A DNA stretch of 49,115 bases from Klebsormidium nitens (taxonomy: Eukaryota > Plantae > Klebsormidiophyceae): contig DF237582.1 in the NCBI GenBank assembly GCA_000708835.1, forward strand, positions 1 through 49,115, given 5' to 3'. Below, in pieces: positions 47,001 through 49,115 of the stretch. Position 1 is the stretch's first letter. Each line of letters opens with the position of its first letter. The notes beneath the pieces are model-generated. The model searched no databases. It was not told where the DNA came from and saw only the letters and a list, made by a program, of their open reading frames with translations. The position numbers and the translations under genes are program-made.

Positions 47001-47775
47001 CCGGCCGGATCTCCCGATAATACCGCGGGTACGTTCGTGTGACCTAAGATAGGCACCCAGGGGACGGGGTAGACCCTACAAGAGCACGACCTTCAAAATT
47101 GACTCGGACGCGAACCCCGCGGTCGCGAAACTTCACTCTACTAAATTTGCGTCGCACCGCAGACTGACGACACTTGGCAGAATCTGCTTAGGTTGTCGCG
47201 AAATCCAGTCTGTATTTCAGCCCTGTAAGCAATCGCCGATTCCCCGGGTAAGCAACAAGACTATACAAGGGCTGTTCCTAGCGTCCCAACTGCCCGGTTC
47301 ATACCTTAGGCTTACAAGTTGACCGGGCAGTTGAGGCGCCTATTTTTGCCCCCGGTGGATCGCAAGCACAGCCGATAAACCGGGCAGGCTGGACGCCAGA
47401 AACACTCCTGCTGTGGTCCACATTGCTTGCCCGGGGAATCGACAATTTCTTACAGGGCTGAAATGCAGGCTGGATTTCCGACAATCTTCCGAGATTCTGC
47501 TAAGTGTCGCCAGTCTGCGGTGCGACCAAAATTTATAGAGTGATTTTTCCACGCGACCGTCCGAGTCAAATTTGAAGGTCGTGCTCTTGTAGGGTCTACC
47601 AGGGGACGGGTAGGGTTGGTATGGTGGTTAAAAGTGTGGGTTGGGGTGCGGAGCGGGTGATTATTTGGGTTGGGTTTCAGGTTTTGAGCGCCCGGTAAAC
47701 TTGTGTCTAATAGTTCACGCCCGATCGCGTTAGGTCACACGAGAGCTACCGGCATCCCGATGATCAACCGGCCGG
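47001..47775. mobile_element. Older, degenerate inverted-repeat element enclosing the MULE-like insertion
   Basis: Perfect 13-bp inverted repeat TCGTGTGACCTAA (47035-47) / TTAGGTCACACGA (47730-42). Outer CCGGCCGG at 47001 and 47768. Confidence 0.4.
47068..47600. mobile_element. 533-bp non-autonomous MULE-like element with TIRs of about 180 bp and a 9-bp TSD
   Basis: Arms 47068-47255 and 47423-47600 are inverted copies (first 43 nt match 42/43). AGGGGACGG directly flanks both ends (47059-67, 47601-09). TIRs start with GG. Confidence 0.88.
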
Positions 47776-48190
47776 CTTGCACGGCAACTTGACCGGCCAC
47801 GCGCCACGGCTTCATCTGGCCGGTCCATTTGAATATGATAGGTACTGTATCCCCCCCCGATAGCTACCTATGGCGGTCGTCGGGAGATCCGAGAAGCAAC
47901 GTTGCAATTTGTAAATGATCCCGGGAAGTCGCTGAATTGTGCCAGTACTAGTATACGGTACATACCGGAATACCAATTCCTGCCGGACCCAACCGTAGGT
48001 TGCAGAGCTGATATCTGAGCTCGTGCCGGCGCCCGGCCCTGTGGGTTTGTTGCATGCATTGTTGACGTGGCCAACCGAGCTCCGAGCCTTTTCAGATCCT
48101 TAAATATCATGTAGGTAGGTACCGTCACGCGTACATTGAACACAATATCCCAAGATACGGAGATTCGAAGTTTGGGTATTTCTCGATCTA

Positions 48191-48336
48191 GTGAACAGCA
48201 AGCTCAGTGAACAGTAAGCATTTTGGGGTTACTAGAAACCCTAACCAAATAGATCACCCGCTCCGCACCCGTACCCACCCTAACCCCCTACTAACCCTAC
48301 CGTCTCCGTTACTGTTCACCGGCTGTTGCTGTTCAC
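48191..48336. mobile_element. 146-bp MITE with bipartite GTGAACAG TIRs and TA flanks
   Basis: GTGAACAGCAAGCTCAGTGAACAGTAA pairs with TTACTGTTCACCGGCTGTTGCTGTTCAC. TA at 48189-90 and 48337-38. The interior is made of CCCTAA-like motifs. Confidence 0.65.
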
Positions 48337-49115
48337 TACATCGTCGGGATGAAGTGTGGCCCTTCAAGTTGGCCCCTCGGGCATTGGGCTCGTGCCGGCC
48401 CCGGGCCCCGGGCCCCGGTTATACGTTTGATACATGGGGCCAGTTTAATTCTGATTAATATGAGACTGACGTGTACGCGCACTTTTATGAAAGTCGAGAG
48501 TCTCTTGCAAACCTGAAAGCGCCACGCAAGCCACAGAATCACCAAAAGGTCACCACTCGGCTCCTACGCAGTTAAAAAGTCGACACGTGGCGCTGAGGAA
48601 GGAAAAGACGGAGTCTTTGGTCGCGCGGACGGGTACCGTCCTCCGTGGACACTCGGCGTGGACAGGTACCGCCAGGGTTCCCGCGCGGTACCGACCCGTA
48701 GCGGACGCCGCGTGGACGGTGCCGGTAAATTCACTGAACAGTGACAAGACTGCCGGTTTCCAGCGTTTCCAGTCAGTATCGGCCCAAAACCGGCAATCCG
48801 TCGTCACTTCTGCCATCCGGGCCCTGAAAAAATAGCCAGCTAGAGTCTTTACATGCGTCGCCAAAGTCCTCTTCTGCCCTTTTCAACCTCCAGACCTCCA
48901 GCCTCATGCCCAACCGTCAGCTTCCATACCTTTGGCAGGTTTTCACCCTTACACTCTACAGTTTTGAGTGCGGTCACAGCGCAATGGACCTCTCAGGCGT
49001 GCACTCTCAGCTGCAGTCTCTGAAGGTGACCTCAAGGCAGGGCTCTGGGCAAAAAGCTCTGGTCGGAAAGCCGCCAAAGCTTTTGGGATCTTCCAAATTC
49101 TCCTTTCCAGCAAAT

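Overview
Eukaryotic nuclear DNA with GT-AG introns, GC3-rich exons and about one gene per 6 kb. The plant-type gene set (PHO1, PLATZ, cytosolic-type PGI, At4g31340-like, At3g12590-like) suggests a streptophyte green alga such as Klebsormidium; this is an inference. Eight multi-exon genes alternate strands perfectly: METAP2(+), unknown membrane protein(-), PGI(+), coiled-coil membrane protein(-), PHO1-like SPX-EXS(+), STK19-like(-), At3g12590-like(+), PLATZ(-). The intergenic gaps hold several non-autonomous TIR elements, including a MULE-like element with a 9-bp TSD and MITEs with 3-bp or TA flanks. They also hold a 5'-truncated LINE end and a family of telomere-like motifs. The best leads are a frameshifted Crypton/NDC10-II-type tyrosine-recombinase fragment at about 35.0-35.4 kb and a phase-compatible upstream exon that could give cytosolic-type PGI a transit-peptide-like extension. 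Family assignments come from motif recall, not database searches.
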